Below are positions 39,001 to 52,988 of a DNA stretch of 64,000 bases, piece by piece. A program made the translations under genes and the position numbers. The stretch is from Balanoglossus misakiensis (taxonomy: Eukaryota; Animalia; Hemichordata), in the NCBI GenBank assembly GCA_040954595.2, contig CM082582.2, positions 5,254,303-5,318,302 on the forward strand, in the 5' to 3' direction. The notes below the pieces were generated by a model. That model saw only the letters and a list, made by a program, of their open reading frames with translations. It ran no database searches and was not told the DNA's origin. How positions within the stretch are numbered: the stretch's first letter is position 1; the number at the start of each line of letters is the position of its first letter.

Positions 39001-41732
39001 TTTTAGGCTGCCAAGAACTGCATCTTTAAGTGCTTTTCTACACTCTTTTGTCCCGTCGTATGTGTTGACCACTGCATGGACTACTTCTTTGAACGGCGAT
39101 TCACCAGGCGTTGTCATGACGACTTGTCCCCCTAGAAAGTCTCCTTTATTTTTCTTGAAGTGGTGACTGCATTGCGTTGTGGTTTCACTGCCGCCTATTG
39201 AGAAAATAATTCGATCATTTCAGTTATGATTAACCGTAATTATCATCATGGAATCATTTGTCTGATAGCTTCCATAGATAATGTGAATCATGACATGAAC
39301 CACTTCTAATTCTAAAAAAAACCTGATACTCAACAAAACATAAACTCAGACTCCTCGTCGCATCAACGGTGTCGACCATTCTGTAGCAGTTACACGAACT
39401 CATTGATGTCGTACTTACAACTAGTATTTTTTTTAAATATCAATCGTGTCATTTATTATCTTGAGTGACCATCGTTCTTTTCACTTGGGGGATGGTACCA
39501 ACTAACGAAGTACAATTGTGCACTCAACAGAAATCATTACTTACACTTCTTGACGATCTCCTTGGCATACGCATCCAAATGATCTAGTCTTGGGGTTGCA
39601 GCGATAACCACTGCATCGGCTTCCATGTGAAATGGATGACCTTTACACACTTGTATCAGTCGGCCACTGCTGTCTTCGTGTTGGTGCAAAACCCTTGGGA
39701 CGGGAGGCTCTTCTGTGACGTCGTCATAAATGGTTTCATCCTCCGCCCTGTCTTGTGATGACGGGTCATCGATGCCGATAACACATCTGACCTCTGATTC
39801 GATCTTTTTCAGGAAGCCCTTGCCTTTCTCTTCCCTGAATAACCCAGGAATCCCTGGTTTGTCAATCGGGAGAGGGCGGTGATGGATCTGTGAGGCAAGT
39901 TTCTTCAGCGTTTCAGTGCACCGTTTCACATCATCTTCGTGTCCCTGAACATGTATCACCCTTTCTTCCTTGTGGTCACGAATTGTGAGTGGTTTTCGAC
40001 TTGCTTCTTTCGCCAGGCGAGTCAGGTCATCTTTTTTAAACTTGAAAATATACCTTTTCTTTTCTGGATCCATTTCAATAAACTCTTCTTTAAGGGCGTG
40101 CATTTTCAGAAAGTCGTTCACTTCCTGCACGACGAACTCGATTGTGTTTTCTAATCCAACGACGGTTAGTTTGCCACTGCCGCGTTCGTAACTTGGCAAC
40201 TGAACCACGTGCGATTTGCGTATTTCGACACTAAACGCAGCCCAATCTGCTGGTGTTATGGATACTAGTGTAGGTAACCGTATGTGTCTTGTGGATACAC
40301 ATTTTTTCAAGATGGCTTCTGCTTGTGATGAATGCTGTTTGTCTCGTGCGGTGATAACAACCCCCTCGTCCTCTACGTGGTAGGTGGCGTGTATGCTATG
40401 CTCTTTGAAGATCCGGTGAATCTCCGCGCATGCGTCAGCTGAGCGGAGAAGTCGGCAGTGTGCCTCAGATGGTGGCATCTGTTTGACCACGTGCACGTCA
40501 TGGATTGACTTCTGCATCAATAGCTCCGCTTTCGTCACGTCCAGTTCCGACCCTCGCAATACCACGTACCCTTGATGCGGATTCATGTTTACATGCAACT
40601 CAGGATGCTCGCCCTTTACAACTGTCGAGAAGCAACTAATTTTCAACCTTTTGAAGCAAGCATGATCGACCTCCAGTTTTTTCTCGACGGTCTCTCTTCT
40701 CTTTATCATTTGTGCATCGATGTCGCCTAACAGTTCACGAAGAATCTCTGTTTTTCTCCCAACAGTTTCTACGTTTCCGGTGATGGTCACCAATGACTTC
40801 TCTTCCTCACATTTAACGTCAGCGTCTTCGTCTTGCAAATCCTGCAACTGGCCCTTCACCATGAATAACACCCCCTCCGGTATATCGATTTTAGCCGAGG
40901 CGAATTCTTTCAAAAAGGCTGTAAATATTTTGCAGGCATCCTGTAATAAACGTCGATTGCATCCTTTGGTAGGAACCAGCTGCACCGTTCGCCTGTCGTC
41001 GTTAGAGGGCCACTCGTAAGTAACACGTGCTGCCTCCAACTTATTCTGTAGCTCTTTTGCTATAGACTTCTTTGTACGTACATACGCCATTATGTCACCA
41101 TCTACCTGAAGCGGAAGTCCTTCAGTGGCCTGTCTGTCGTCACGTGTCTTGGAATAAGTTGCTCCGACGGACGGGTAGTATGGAGTGACCGTGACTTCGA
41201 CGCCTTCAACGGTGTGTTTGTGCTTCAAAACAGAGTTAACGTCTGTAATAGAAATAGATATGGAAGACGGACATGTAGTATATACTAAAGGGAGAGAGGG
41301 ACAGTTTAGTAGGTGCATGCGCCTGTCCATATGACTTGCATAATTTGGTCATGGCCATTTGCGGATATTGCCCAGTCAACGGTAATATGAGTTATATTCC
41401 TTATTGTATTAGTGAAACTAATATTCAATACACCTAATTCAGGAAAATCGGGCATGATTCATGATGGAAACTTTATTTACCGCGGTAGTCACGAAAGAAT
41501 ACAGTTCCAAGTTGTCCCTCCCTATCAATTTTGACATCGTCGACGTCGCCACCTCCAGATTTCTCCGATTCGAAGTAAAGCTCCAGATCTTCATCATCGA
41601 CACTGTCAGAAATTGGTTTGACAGTTATTGCATCGGGGAACTGAACCGTTTCTGCTGTGAGAACCGCCTTCTTGAGAGTTTTTTCACCTATTCTTTTCAT
41701 CACTCCGTTGATATCTGCAAAATCAGAGAGAG

Positions 41733-41799
<67 letters not shown>

Positions 41800-44700
41800 A
41801 AACAGAATTCCTTCGGTAATAGTTCAAAGAATCCACAAATATGCATGTATGGACTGTTTTGCAGTAGATAGTGGCGTTTTAAATTATACGCCGGATGTTT
41901 TACACCACATATAGAGCAATATGTACATATTGACTCTCCGTTGAGAGTAACAGCATGCGTTTTTTTCTACAAGGACTATTCTGAGTACCTCCAGAACAAC
42001 ATGTATCCAGAGGCCGAAAGCCGAGGAAACATACTGTTTTGGGGCGACTCACAGGACCAAGGGGACACAAGTGTATGCTGTTACCCCAAAAATGGCCAGT
42101 CAATATGTGTTATATAACACAAACACCTCATCCGACATTAGCACAAATCAGGAAATATCTCCGCCGTCATTAATTTGGTCGCAGACGACATCGCCACCAT
42201 AGTTTTCCGAAGTGCCACCACGTAGATGGTGCTTCTCGACGCAGCAAGGCAACAGTTTTCGGAACTGTAGCCTGTCAGGCAGTTATGTCAAATTTTACGC
42301 ATGCCACATGACTGCACATTGTCGAATCTCAACACGGATTACGTCTGAGGTGTGTCACAATAATGTGTCACATAAATATGTACTGTAGCAGCTGTACAAT
42401 TCACGATATAGGTTTTACCCTTTGAAGTCCTTACCTGGTATTGGCGTTGGATATTTGACCAGAATCCCATCGTTACTGCTACTGTAAAACAGAGTGGGCA
42501 CTCTATCTAAACCCGTACGATTTTCCAAATACAACTGAAGTGTGTCTTGAGAGGTTTCTTCAGAAAGTCCATACAGCATGAAGCATGAGGGATCGATTGG
42601 TATGGGGGTCCAGGAGGGCGCCAGACTTACGTTTAGACGAACGCCTTTTAAGACATGCCCCGACACTTGGTTCACAACTTTGGAAGCAACTGCAGAGTAG
42701 GTTATAAGAGTGATAACATTGAATTGTGAACCCATTTTTGAAAGAATAAAAAACACGTGTCGAAATGTCGAGCAGAAAATTCTAATTAAAGACAGGAAGT
42801 TCCTAAACACTCCCTTCTTAATACGATTAAAAAAAAGACATGTAGTAGATTTTTAGTGTCACTTGAAAAAAAGGAAAATGTGCATGAACAAAGCAATAAC
42901 GTATTGACTCAGCCATGCTGATTCACGGTGCGGACGACAATATAAGACATGACACTTTTTCCATAGTACATGTAATTAATAGTTATCACTTACCTTCAGC
43001 ATTTTCAAAACTTATATATACATGCTTATCACCGGCTTTGAAATCCTTTATCTTTCCACCACCAGATTTTCTATTTTCAAAATAATTGCGCAGAGTTTCT
43101 TTGCTGACCTTTGTTCCATGACCTGTGACCCGGATGGTGTCTGTGGTACCGGAAGTGTGTTGGGTCTCTGCAACAATATTCGACAAGGACAACTTGATAT
43201 CAAATAATTAATCATTACATGGGTTAAAATAGCAGACGATAACTCCCAGGCGCCAAGATTTGTCTAAAATATTTTGATGTTTGGTGTTGTAAAACATCAA
43301 GTCGCCAGATAGGCAATAATATCTGGCGTGTGTAAGCTCCACTGGTACACGAAATTGACCTTTCATACACCGTCTATGTCTAAAACAGCTCATGACAAGT
43401 TCCCTTCTGCATTGTATTATTACTTTCTGGACTTACACCGTCGAACACAGTGCCTGTAGTACGTGTGGCTAACGTCAATACTGCGCAAGGGTTTACGTAA
43501 ATAATTAATGTTGCCTACATAATTTACAGTAACATAATTTATATGCTAATAAAATATGTGATTGTAAATTATTTTCAAAGATGTGCTTAAGCAATAACCC
43601 CCGCCGCAGGCGGGTATACACGAGATTTTGGTACAATTCGAGACATATAGCACGAGCCGTTAGGCGAGTGCTATATGGAGCGAATTGTACCAAAATCGAG
43701 TGTATACGCGACTGAGGCGGGGGTTATTGCTATTATATTATATCAACAGTTGTTTTTGAGGCATATCAGTGTCATTTTCTTGCCGAAACGGCGTCAGAAA
43801 GAGAAATTACGATCGTGAACCAACATGGCGACGATGAATGTAAACACGTGCGGCCCGGGATCGAGCATTAAACATTAAGCAGACGCCAAAAAGTTACAAG
43901 AGTGCAAAATATTCAGAGCAGAGCAGTTCCAAAATAAAACATCCGTAAATTCAAGTGTTTTTATGTTATTCATTTGGTTTAATCCCGCGCGACTGTGGTA
44001 TAACCTCACATTTTCCCTGCTGCATGCTAGTTCAGGGGCCCGTTTTACCACTGCCAGCAGTGGTAAAACAGTATTTTACCATAGCTCTCGTCCAATCAGA
44101 ATCGCGGACGATAGCATGATATAATATAATTATTTATATATAATAATAATTCAATATGATTTTCATTATATTATAAATTATATGTACCATATGGTACACT
44201 CACATCATCCGCTGTTACAGTAGAATTTACGAAATGCATACCAGAACTCATAGAATCTGACGGACTGAACTCGAATGCAGTCATTGATGGCGTCTCGTGA
44301 CGTGGACTACTTCTGTATGGTGGTATCTGGCTTCGATATGAAGGTGACCTTGATGTTGGGGAGTATTGGTGACCGTCATCCGACGACGTCGACACGACAC
44401 GTTCCTGTGAAATTAGAGTATGGTAAAACTTAGAGCCAAATGCACCCGGTGCCTGTTGAGCCCTCGATGTTAAAAGACTGACCGAGATAACTTCTGAGAT
44501 AACTTGTGCTATGAACAGGTACGAAAATAACAGATTATACAATGTACGACTGCAATCCTTTCCTGGTGTCACCTAGAACATTTCTACTGCTCTGTGACCA
44601 TTCGCGGGCTACAATTATGATCGTGAATTAGAAATTGAACCATGCCATGGAACAAAATGCTGTGTTTCTTAAACTTAAATTCTATAGTCTACATCCGAAG

Positions 44701-45374
44701 ATCGCAATTACGGTATAGGTATTCCTTAAACTTTCGTGGAATCAATATGTTACAAAAAATTCAAAGTCGACTCTGTTCGATGTGTTGTCACCTATTATAA
44801 GCATTTAATTTTATTAGTCGTGGCGCCAAGTGGACGAAATCTAATCAGCTGACCCATATATTTCGAGATATCGACCGATGTGTTCGAAATGACCCGTGTA
44901 AAGACATATAGTCCAAAGTATCTGACTCATAAATGAAGCAGTAATGCAGCGACAACAATCGATGCATTTTTTACACTATACGTTCATTCTACTGGGAAGT
45001 CAGTTTATTCTCTATCTGCATGTTTCGACTTATATAAACTTTTTGACATAGTATAAGTCAGATAATCCTTCCAACACAGCCTTGCACCCCAGTCCCTGAT
45101 TCAAAATACTGCTTGGACTTCTATCAGAAACCTTCAAGTTGTCTGAGTCCTCCGAGACTAGTTGCGGATGCGAGGGCATAATTATTATCCGTGATGAAAT
45201 GAATTCAATTATAGCACCGGTTGCTTTGTGAATTGGATCGAAATGCATCATTTGACACGAAATGGTTTGTTAAAATTTGTTTCAATATGATCCTTGACTA
45301 GAGTAGCTCAGCGAAATGCTTTCTGCTTTTGATAAATACTTCTGTTTGTTTGTTTGTTTGTTTGTTTGTTTGTT

Positions 45375-45416
<42 letters not shown>

Positions 45417-48400
45417 ACTGACTGACTGACTGCCTGTATGTATGTCTGCCTGTCTGTTTGTCTGTCTGTCTGTCTGACTGACTGACTGACTGACTGTCTG
45501 TCTGTCTGTTTTTGTATGAGCTCGTTGTACCATGTGTGTTAGTTGTGGTTGTTATCCGCAAGCTTGTGTGAATATCATTTTCTCAAGAACTGTAATATTC
45601 TCACACGGTACGTGCTGTGACCAATTAATCCTTTAGTGTGCCTGATTGGTCGATTCGGTGGCGAGGCAGGCGAGGTTCAGGGTGAGCCAGTCATAGTGAA
45701 AGAGAAATTATATTATAGCTTTATCAATACCAGTGAATTTTGTGACGTCATAGCTATACATTATTACTGATAATGTATCGTGTTATTCAATGGACGCGCG
45801 ACGCACCCAAGAACCAGTGGACGTGTACAATTTCAGACAATGCGAACATTTAGAGGGCTAAAAAAAGAAATGCAAACGTACACAGAATAAATACGGCGAT
45901 ATTTATTAATTTCCAAATCTGTCCTCGACTGGCGTTTTGTTTGTTTTGTCTTCCTACGGCTGCAGTACATGTCGTCTGCTCTTGAATCACGCGCAGTCAA
46001 CATGACTCGCTCACGCACGTAAAGCAAACCTCTCGATGATGCTGGATTTGACATTCGTTCACCATACATACCGTGTACCATGTACCAAGCAGTCATGTCA
46101 ACGAAGCTATACGTAAAAAAAATTATGCCGCAAGTGTCACTGTCATGTTGTCTACGCGGTACGAAGGGTCGATCGAGGGCGAGTTTGTTTATGTATTGCA
46201 ACCTTCCGAGCGCCCGTATACGTGAACTTTCCTGAGAACGCAAACGAATTCAAATATTCCCCGAGTCCTCCCCAAGATTACACAAAAATCGAAACCTTTT
46301 CAGATATATTTCAGCAGAACCCTTAAATGAATTTTCACATGCGTTAATAAACCTTCATTATTTATTTCCTGATGTTTGAATATGATACTAGAAATGTACA
46401 GTACACTGATACACCGCGATCAGGTGACCTTTTGTTTACGCGTACGCCATTGCTCTGTTCTCGATCTCCGTGTCCGAGTCTGAATTGTTCGCACCTATAC
46501 TTTTTGAAGTCTGCAAATTCACTGGCATTGACAAAACTATAAAATAATGAGAATAATGAACGCCACAAAGACCCATAATGGACTCAAGCACACATTGTGC
46601 TCCATAATATACTCGGCTTCGCCTCGTATATTATGACGCACAATGTGTGCTTTCGTCCATTATGGGTCTTTGGGGCGTTCATTATTCTCTAAATAATAGC
46701 ATCTACACTACCCATAGTCCCTAAAGTGTTTGTTTATCTAAACTCAGTCGATAACTATAGCGAGTGACGTAATCTATAAAAATCGCTTGACAGAAGTAAA
46801 TGCCACGGAGTCTGGGATTGTAGGTCATGCAGAGTTCAGTCTGTCTGGTGTCCGCTCCGAATCTCCAACTCTAATGACGCAGAAACAAATGACGCAGACA
46901 CGTTTTTATAAAGCAAAAATGCCAACATGTGGACAATCTAGTCTGGACGGTGGACCAAGCGTCAAAAACCAAGTCGATCGATATTTTTCACCAGAGTCAT
47001 TACAGACTAATATATTGTCAGATGATTGATGTTCTATTGTTTGCAGCTATAGTATTTGATCAACGCAAATGATTAACTGCAATATTGGTCAAATGTTGTC
47101 AACGATGTGATCATGACTCAAAATATCTTACTCCGAAACGAAACCTTTCTCTTTATACAAGTTGGCCAATGCCGGTTTCGTTCGGCAACGAAACATTGCA
47201 GGTATTATAGATAAACATCATTCATCAATAATTTGGGTCAAAGAGATATTAGTTCGATTTTCCTCAATATGGAGCATAGATGAAATGTTCCTATTGCAAG
47301 TCGTGTATTGTATTATATATATGCTGTCCATCGTTGTGGAAGAGATTATTTGGCAATGTGGAATCGGATATTTTCGCGAGACTCCCTGGTTATTTTGGAG
47401 AGCGAAAATTGCCTGTTTTATCGACATTATTCGTGAACGTTTGTTCCTGCCAGTCTGTTTTCGTAGCTTTGCGTGAACGGTATTTTTAGGCGGGGCTTAA
47501 CGCGAGGTACTCGAACGTAATGGGGCTTGAAACTCAGACAGGCTGACAAATCAGTATAGACCGATTCGTTTGTGGTTGTTTTTAATCCTCGACTTGGAGT
47601 CATGCCGAATATGCATGCCTATGCTATGAACTCATAAATGTCGTTCAATGTTTCACATAAACCGGAGAGGCATAATTCGCGATCAGTTGTTCTCATATTT
47701 ATCGACAAATCCGTGAGGTTCAACATAGGTCCCAGTAAGGGCCAAATAATTATTGAAAACATTCCTCACGGGTGCTAACATTCTTGATTTAGAATCGTAG
47801 ATGACAAGGTATTTGGAATCACAGTTCTATCATTTTTATGCTAATTGGCCTACAGCAAATGCTGGCCCAGCGAATCAGTAAAAGCAGAAGCACAGTCCAG
47901 CAAATTTCTACATAATGTGCTAGCTTTCAATTTGAGGTCACTTTTCAAGAAAACATTTTCGCAGAGTACATGTACAACTCACGCGATTGATTACAAAACA
48001 CGAGAAATTGGCAGAGTTTCCAGTATAATAATAGTAATTTTTCTCCAGAAAAGTTACCTTAAAGCTAGCACTTTATGTAGAAATTTGCTGGACTGAACAT
48101 CCCCTTAAAAATATTCCAGTCTATGTAAAACGTACAACACATAACCTTTAACCATGTGCATTAACACACAATTTATGGCACTGAGAGGCTCTTAGCACTG
48201 TCAACTGAAGGATAGTGCCTACATGACAAGTGTTTAGGAAGAATTTGATCAAAGTCTACGGAACACAATGCCTTTTGATGATCTGGAGATTACAAGGTTC
48301 GCCAAACTATGCTGAAATATCAGCAATTCACCGCGTGCACGAACCACTCTCCGTGCCCTCCCAGGCAACACAGAAGACTGAACAATTAAGCTGTAGTATC

Positions 48401-51400
48401 TCCGGGACCCATTGTCCCCTCCAAAATATACAGCTTACTTCATCATCCGAACCGAGTTTTAGATGGTATTCGCTGTGCTCGAGCATGTCATATTCTGGTG
48501 AGGCTAAGAAACCGGCGAGCAGTTTCGAATGCACATGCAAATCAAATAGATTAAAGCTGCAAGCAGCGTTGAAGGGGCCCAAGCATAGTGTGAATAACCA
48601 TTAGACTCCATTCAGTGTTGTACAATTCAAATGCGTAGGCTGTATTTGCTCTCGATGTTGAGATATTGGGAAGTAGGCAACCACCCGAAATGCATGTCCT
48701 ACAAGTACAAACACAACAACCAAAGGTGAACTTCTACGTTGTAAGTACTTCAGTAAGTACATCAAAGGTCAGCTGAGGTACCCAAAATTGGGACAAAAAT
48801 TAGGATTCTCTTTTGGTTCATATTCAAGACAACGGAAAATCCCCGCCCTTTGGGTTTGTCAAATTAGATATGGCCATAATAATGAGTTACGCAAGTAAGT
48901 TACAGGTGGCCCCAGGAATTTAGCATTTCATGACACAGAGGGTCCTACCCTACCCCTCCAAACACCTGGCTATATATGATGTGCATGCTAACATATGGAA
49001 AGCAGGTCAATGGACACCTGACGTCACCCAAAAATTTGACAATAAATTGTCATTCCTGTTTATGTCATGTGCAACAAATCATGCATCTGCAGCCCTTCCA
49101 CTTTGCCTACCATTAGGTATACATGTAATACATGAATCAAGCAGGTGTCACAGGTATCCCCTTGTATTTGGCATTTCATGATAATTTCATCCCTCCAAAT
49201 ACCAAAGCTGCACCTGTACAACGTGCTGAGATGTGGCACTGTACGACAGAGGTCATCCAAATCACCTTATACGTTTGGGCAAAAATCAACTGACACACAT
49301 TCGTCCCTGTGGAACAAAAACCACACATATCGCCCCGTTGGTTAGTGTAAAATTAAATGTACAAAATCAATGACTTTGGCAGGTGCAACAGGTGACCCCG
49401 CCTTTGGTATACCATTATGGTCCTATCCGTATATCCCCCCACTCCAAACCTGCATGCATCTGCTTTTATTCACTAAGCAAAAGCAGGTGAAATGTCACAT
49501 AAGGTCGCCCACAACTTGACAGGAAAATCGGACTTCATATTGATCCATGTGCAACAAAAATCACGCTAGCATCCCTTTCATTGACCCCACAATTACGCAT
49601 GTACATAATTGAGTTACGCAGGTGACCCCCGAAACGGGCGTATTATTTTGGTCCCATACAGCTGCATGAACCTACGTGCCATTACGGGCGACCTGATAAC
49701 CCCCACGGCCACCTGCGAGCCGACCCCCATACTGAACATCCAGTTGCAATGTCTTGACTGAAGTAGGAACTTTTGAACGGCAACGAAGCCTGATCTCTGA
49801 TTATTGCTGGTACCATACTCCCTTCGTGCAAGAAAATCACTGGTCTGCTTACGTATTCGGCCGATTTCCCGAACTAATACCCACTACATGTGACTACCAT
49901 GCTAATGAAACCTGACTCGCCCATTAGCGACTGAGGGTCAAAGTCCACTGCCGCAATGTTAACCAGTGTAGCCGGGTCTGGATAGAAACATTTGAACGGC
50001 AACAGCTAACAAACTCAGCGTACTTCAATAAAACGCCCTAACACAGACTGAACTCTGATAATGTGTTGTCCCAAAATTCATTCCGTGGAAAATAATCACT
50101 GGTCTGTTTACGTATTTCAGCCGATTTTCCAACGAAGTGTGTACCCTGCTAATGAGACCTCCGCAGGATTACGTAATGACAGTGAAAGTCCGATACCCAA
50201 GTGTTCGTCCTCAGCCCACCAAAAAATGCGAAAAATATTACAAAAATCTTCTTCTCAAAATCGACTTGGCCTAGGACCTTGAAATTTGGCACAGGCGATT
50301 TTGGCCACATAGTCTACAAAAATCGCGAAAAGAATGTACATGCCCCCATTAACGTGCACATTAGGTCAATTTGAAAATTTCGCTCGATTACAGACACAAA
50401 GTCACGTGACTAATTACAAATTCAAAGGGCAGGTGCACTAGTACTCATGGGCCCCAACCACCGTGCAAAATTTGGTAGGCGCAGCTGCCGGAATTTCAGA
50501 GAAAAACGGGCGCAAAAAAACGACTCAAGAAGAAAGAAGAAAAACTCCAGCAATAACAGAAGGGGACCAAGCGCCTGAGGGCGCTTGGTCCCCTAAAAAT
50601 TGAGGCCTCACACAGTACAGTGTCCAGAGTCGAGCTAGGGAGACGGGCATGTTTGTTTACATTCTAGTCTCACGCCACTGAAGGGCCGGGGTACGTGTAT
50701 TTGCATTTGTCTACTCCCCAGCAAAGATAAAAATACCGATTACCGTGGCCGATATCGACAAGTGTGTGTAGGTTTCAAACTTACACGCACCTTTTTGCAA
50801 AAATAAAAAAAGTTTTTTTTTTCGGCCATAACACGACGTGCTCTACCACTGACAACGCGTGGCAAGGCATACAATGCGCAATTCGGTAAATGAAACTGAA
50901 ACAGGCTAAGATTGTCTTTTAATTTCGCAATTTGTGGAGGGACTTTGTACAGTCGCAATTTTACGTGGAGAATCATTGCATCGCAGCGCTCGTACTAAGT
51001 GAAATATTTCCATTGCAAACACATCGTGCGCTATCAAGGGCACGTCTTGCTTGCTTTCCATCATTATGAGTTATCTAGTGTTGGTTATGTATCTACCTTA
51101 AAACATAGATGTTGTAATTCTGATGTGAACATCTACTGTATGAATGAAAACAATGAAATTTTAATCATGGACATTTATGGAATTATATTATTGTAGTTAA
51201 AACCTAACTTTTAATGTTTTTACACACAGAGTCAACGTTACGTTTTAACGTAAGGGAGAGCGTTTTTTTCGCATAATTTAATTATCATACAAAGACATTT
51301 ACATGTAAGTGAAAGCATGGAAAACTCACCCGTGGCCGTGTTAGACTATCTGGGTGTATAGATCGACATGACGTTTCTTGATATCTAGGAAGCTCAGTCA

Positions 51401-52191
51401 CTTTGCACTTCACAATCCCGTCTTTTCCAAAGTCTATATCATGATATGTGGGTTGTGTCGCCTTGGTGATTGCATCAGATGCTGAAATAATGTTAAATTT
51501 ATTTGAATACTAGTATCGTTACTACTCTGGATCTGGTGAAAAAATACAACCACGACCCTAAACCAGCTTCAAGTTTTAATTTTTATTTCTCGCAGTTGCT
51601 AAGTTTTATTTCCTTTGTAAGTATTATCGATCAATGGTTGTAATAAATATAGGATCTCCGAGCTAGGTAATGAAAGCCCATAAAGAAAATATGATATGGA
51701 CAAATTTTATAGAATATATCTCAAAATTAAACACGACGACAGCGATTTTGAATGTTGTTTTTTCTTCTGACGCAGCTATGTGCAAAGTTTCATAAGACAA
51801 CAAATGTGGAAATGCATTTTCCAGAAATTCTACATTTAATCTCATAAGAATGCATCCTTTACTTTTTTCCTTTTTTCGACGGTCCTTCGGCCATTTTCAT
51901 TTTGATCAAAGATATTCCAGATGGATTCACTCATTTACTACAAAAGAAATAAACCGACACCAAAGGCCGGTAGCGCCCACGGCCTGATGTATGACGTGAC
52001 CTACCCTTCTCTTCTTCAAAAATCACTTCATAGGCCCCTGAGCGTTGGTGTGATTCATGAACGCTGACCACCTCTGCCCCACCAGACACTTTTCTTGATT
52101 GGAAGTGTATTGTAAGTTTCAGTTTTGCCACTTCACTGTCAATGTCACCTGGGATGCCACTCACGAGTACGGCATTGTAGACAGTTGCCAT
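32235..52191 (-). CDS. PARP14: PARP14-like protein mono-ADP-ribosyltransferase (RRM/NID repeats, KH region, three macrodomains, WWE, ART catalytic domain); multi-exon
   Basis: Phase-compatible GT-AG exons (5'->3' on -): 52191-52005, 51481-51330, 44404-44242, 43167-42994, 42689-42435, 41714-41481, 41242-39545, 39194-38748, 38502-38393, 38273-38043, 37508-37287, 36849-36726, 36455-36321, 36175-36110, 35640-35461, 35185-34967, 34766-34615, 34509-34432, 33985-33619, 33449-33301, 33091-32914, 32521-32235. Motifs: LTIHFQSRKVSGGAEV, LRNYFENRKSGGGKI and LELYFESEKSGGGDV (PARP14-type RRMs); GDITKETTDAIINC and PAIGTG (macrodomains); RWLYY..FQAYDEDTSAEIE..FRINFQDM (WWE); RVQNPQLY..LYHGT..GFNRAYAGENAALYGNGSYFA..CRVLTGEY..FDSVVD..IFVVFNDAMAYPDYLITFQ* (ART). 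Extra small exons in the 44.4-51.3 kb intron cannot be excluded. Confidence 0.93.
39545..41242 (-). CDS. PARP14: Large internal exon of the PARP14-like gene (KH-like repeats and start of macrodomain 1)
   Basis: Lies within the 597-aa ORF 39537-41330, with a cag acceptor at 41243 and a gtaagt donor at 39544. A single large central exon is typical of PARP14-type genes. Confidence 0.88.
41725..41792. repeat. (AG)n(TG)n(AG)n microsatellite
   Basis: Direct reading. Confidence 0.9.
43590..43733. repeat. Imperfect palindrome at the end of an intronic repeat element
   Basis: agcaataacccccgcc..gtatacac..gattttggtacaattcg / cgaattgtaccaaaatc..gtgtatac..ggcgggggttattgct. Confidence 0.65.
45342..45510. 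repeat. (GTTT)n/(GTCT)n/(GACT)n microsatellite
   Basis: Direct reading. Confidence 0.9.
46548..46690. repeat. Imperfect palindrome, likely the end of a non-autonomous transposon
   Basis: gagaataatgaacgcc.caaagacccataatggac..atatactcggcttcgcctcgtatat..gtccattatgggtctttg.ggcgttcattattctc. Confidence 0.7.
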
Positions 52192-52988
52192 CTTGTCGCC
52201 CGTGGAGCAACTTGGTGCGTTTTGCTGCGGCCGATTTTTGTCAAACATATACATGCATAATATATATATTGGTATGCCACTGCACGCATGTATACATACG
52301 CGTAAAGCAGAACTACATTTAGTGATTACATTGTTGACCGCCACGTAGAGAAAAGCGGACCTATACATGCATAGCTGGAGGAGCCAGGCGGTTTTGATAG
52401 AGAACTCAGTTGTACTCTGTCCGTGTTTACTTAACCATTATCGTTGTCTCACGCTCACATGACAATATTCAGGTGATATCCGACGGTCAATACTCAGCAC
52501 TTTGTAGCAGTCTCGAAGGTAAGGTGTTGTCGAATGCAAAAATTATTGTGACAGAAAAATGGCAACAATTATCGACATCCGCGTTCAGCTGTTAATACAT
52601 TCCCCGCTTCTTCGTCGAATTCAATTCCAGAGACACTTACCGTGCTTACTATAGCCTAAACGACATTATGGTGTAACACTATGTTTTTCTTACAAAACGA
52701 AAGAAAGACGCACTTCTTTCAGGGACGCGACGTCGACCGCGGTTCCGCCATTACAATTGAAGAAGGGAATGCTTTCATATGTGGAAATAACCATTTGAAC
52801 ATGAAATCAGTTCACGAAATTCATTTTTTCCTTATCCGTGTGGTAATTCGATTCTCTGTGGTATGACATATAAATCGCTAAAATGCATGTTTGTGAGCTA
52901 ATTTAGACGGATCTTTCAACCAAATCACATAAGGGAAGTAAAATATGTTGCAATTTTATCGCTTTGCGTTCTACACAGTGAGGGAAAT
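52192..52988. promoter_or_regulatory. Putative bidirectional promoter/5'UTR region between the PARP14-like and RBM43-like genes
   Basis: Divergent ATGs are only ~800 bp apart, and the interval also holds a likely 5'UTR intron (donor ~52519, acceptor 52978). Confidence 0.6.

Noticed and set aside
45030-45251. Minus-strand ORF as a possible extra PARP exon
   Set aside because: No convincing donor/acceptor pair, and the model is already in phase without it.
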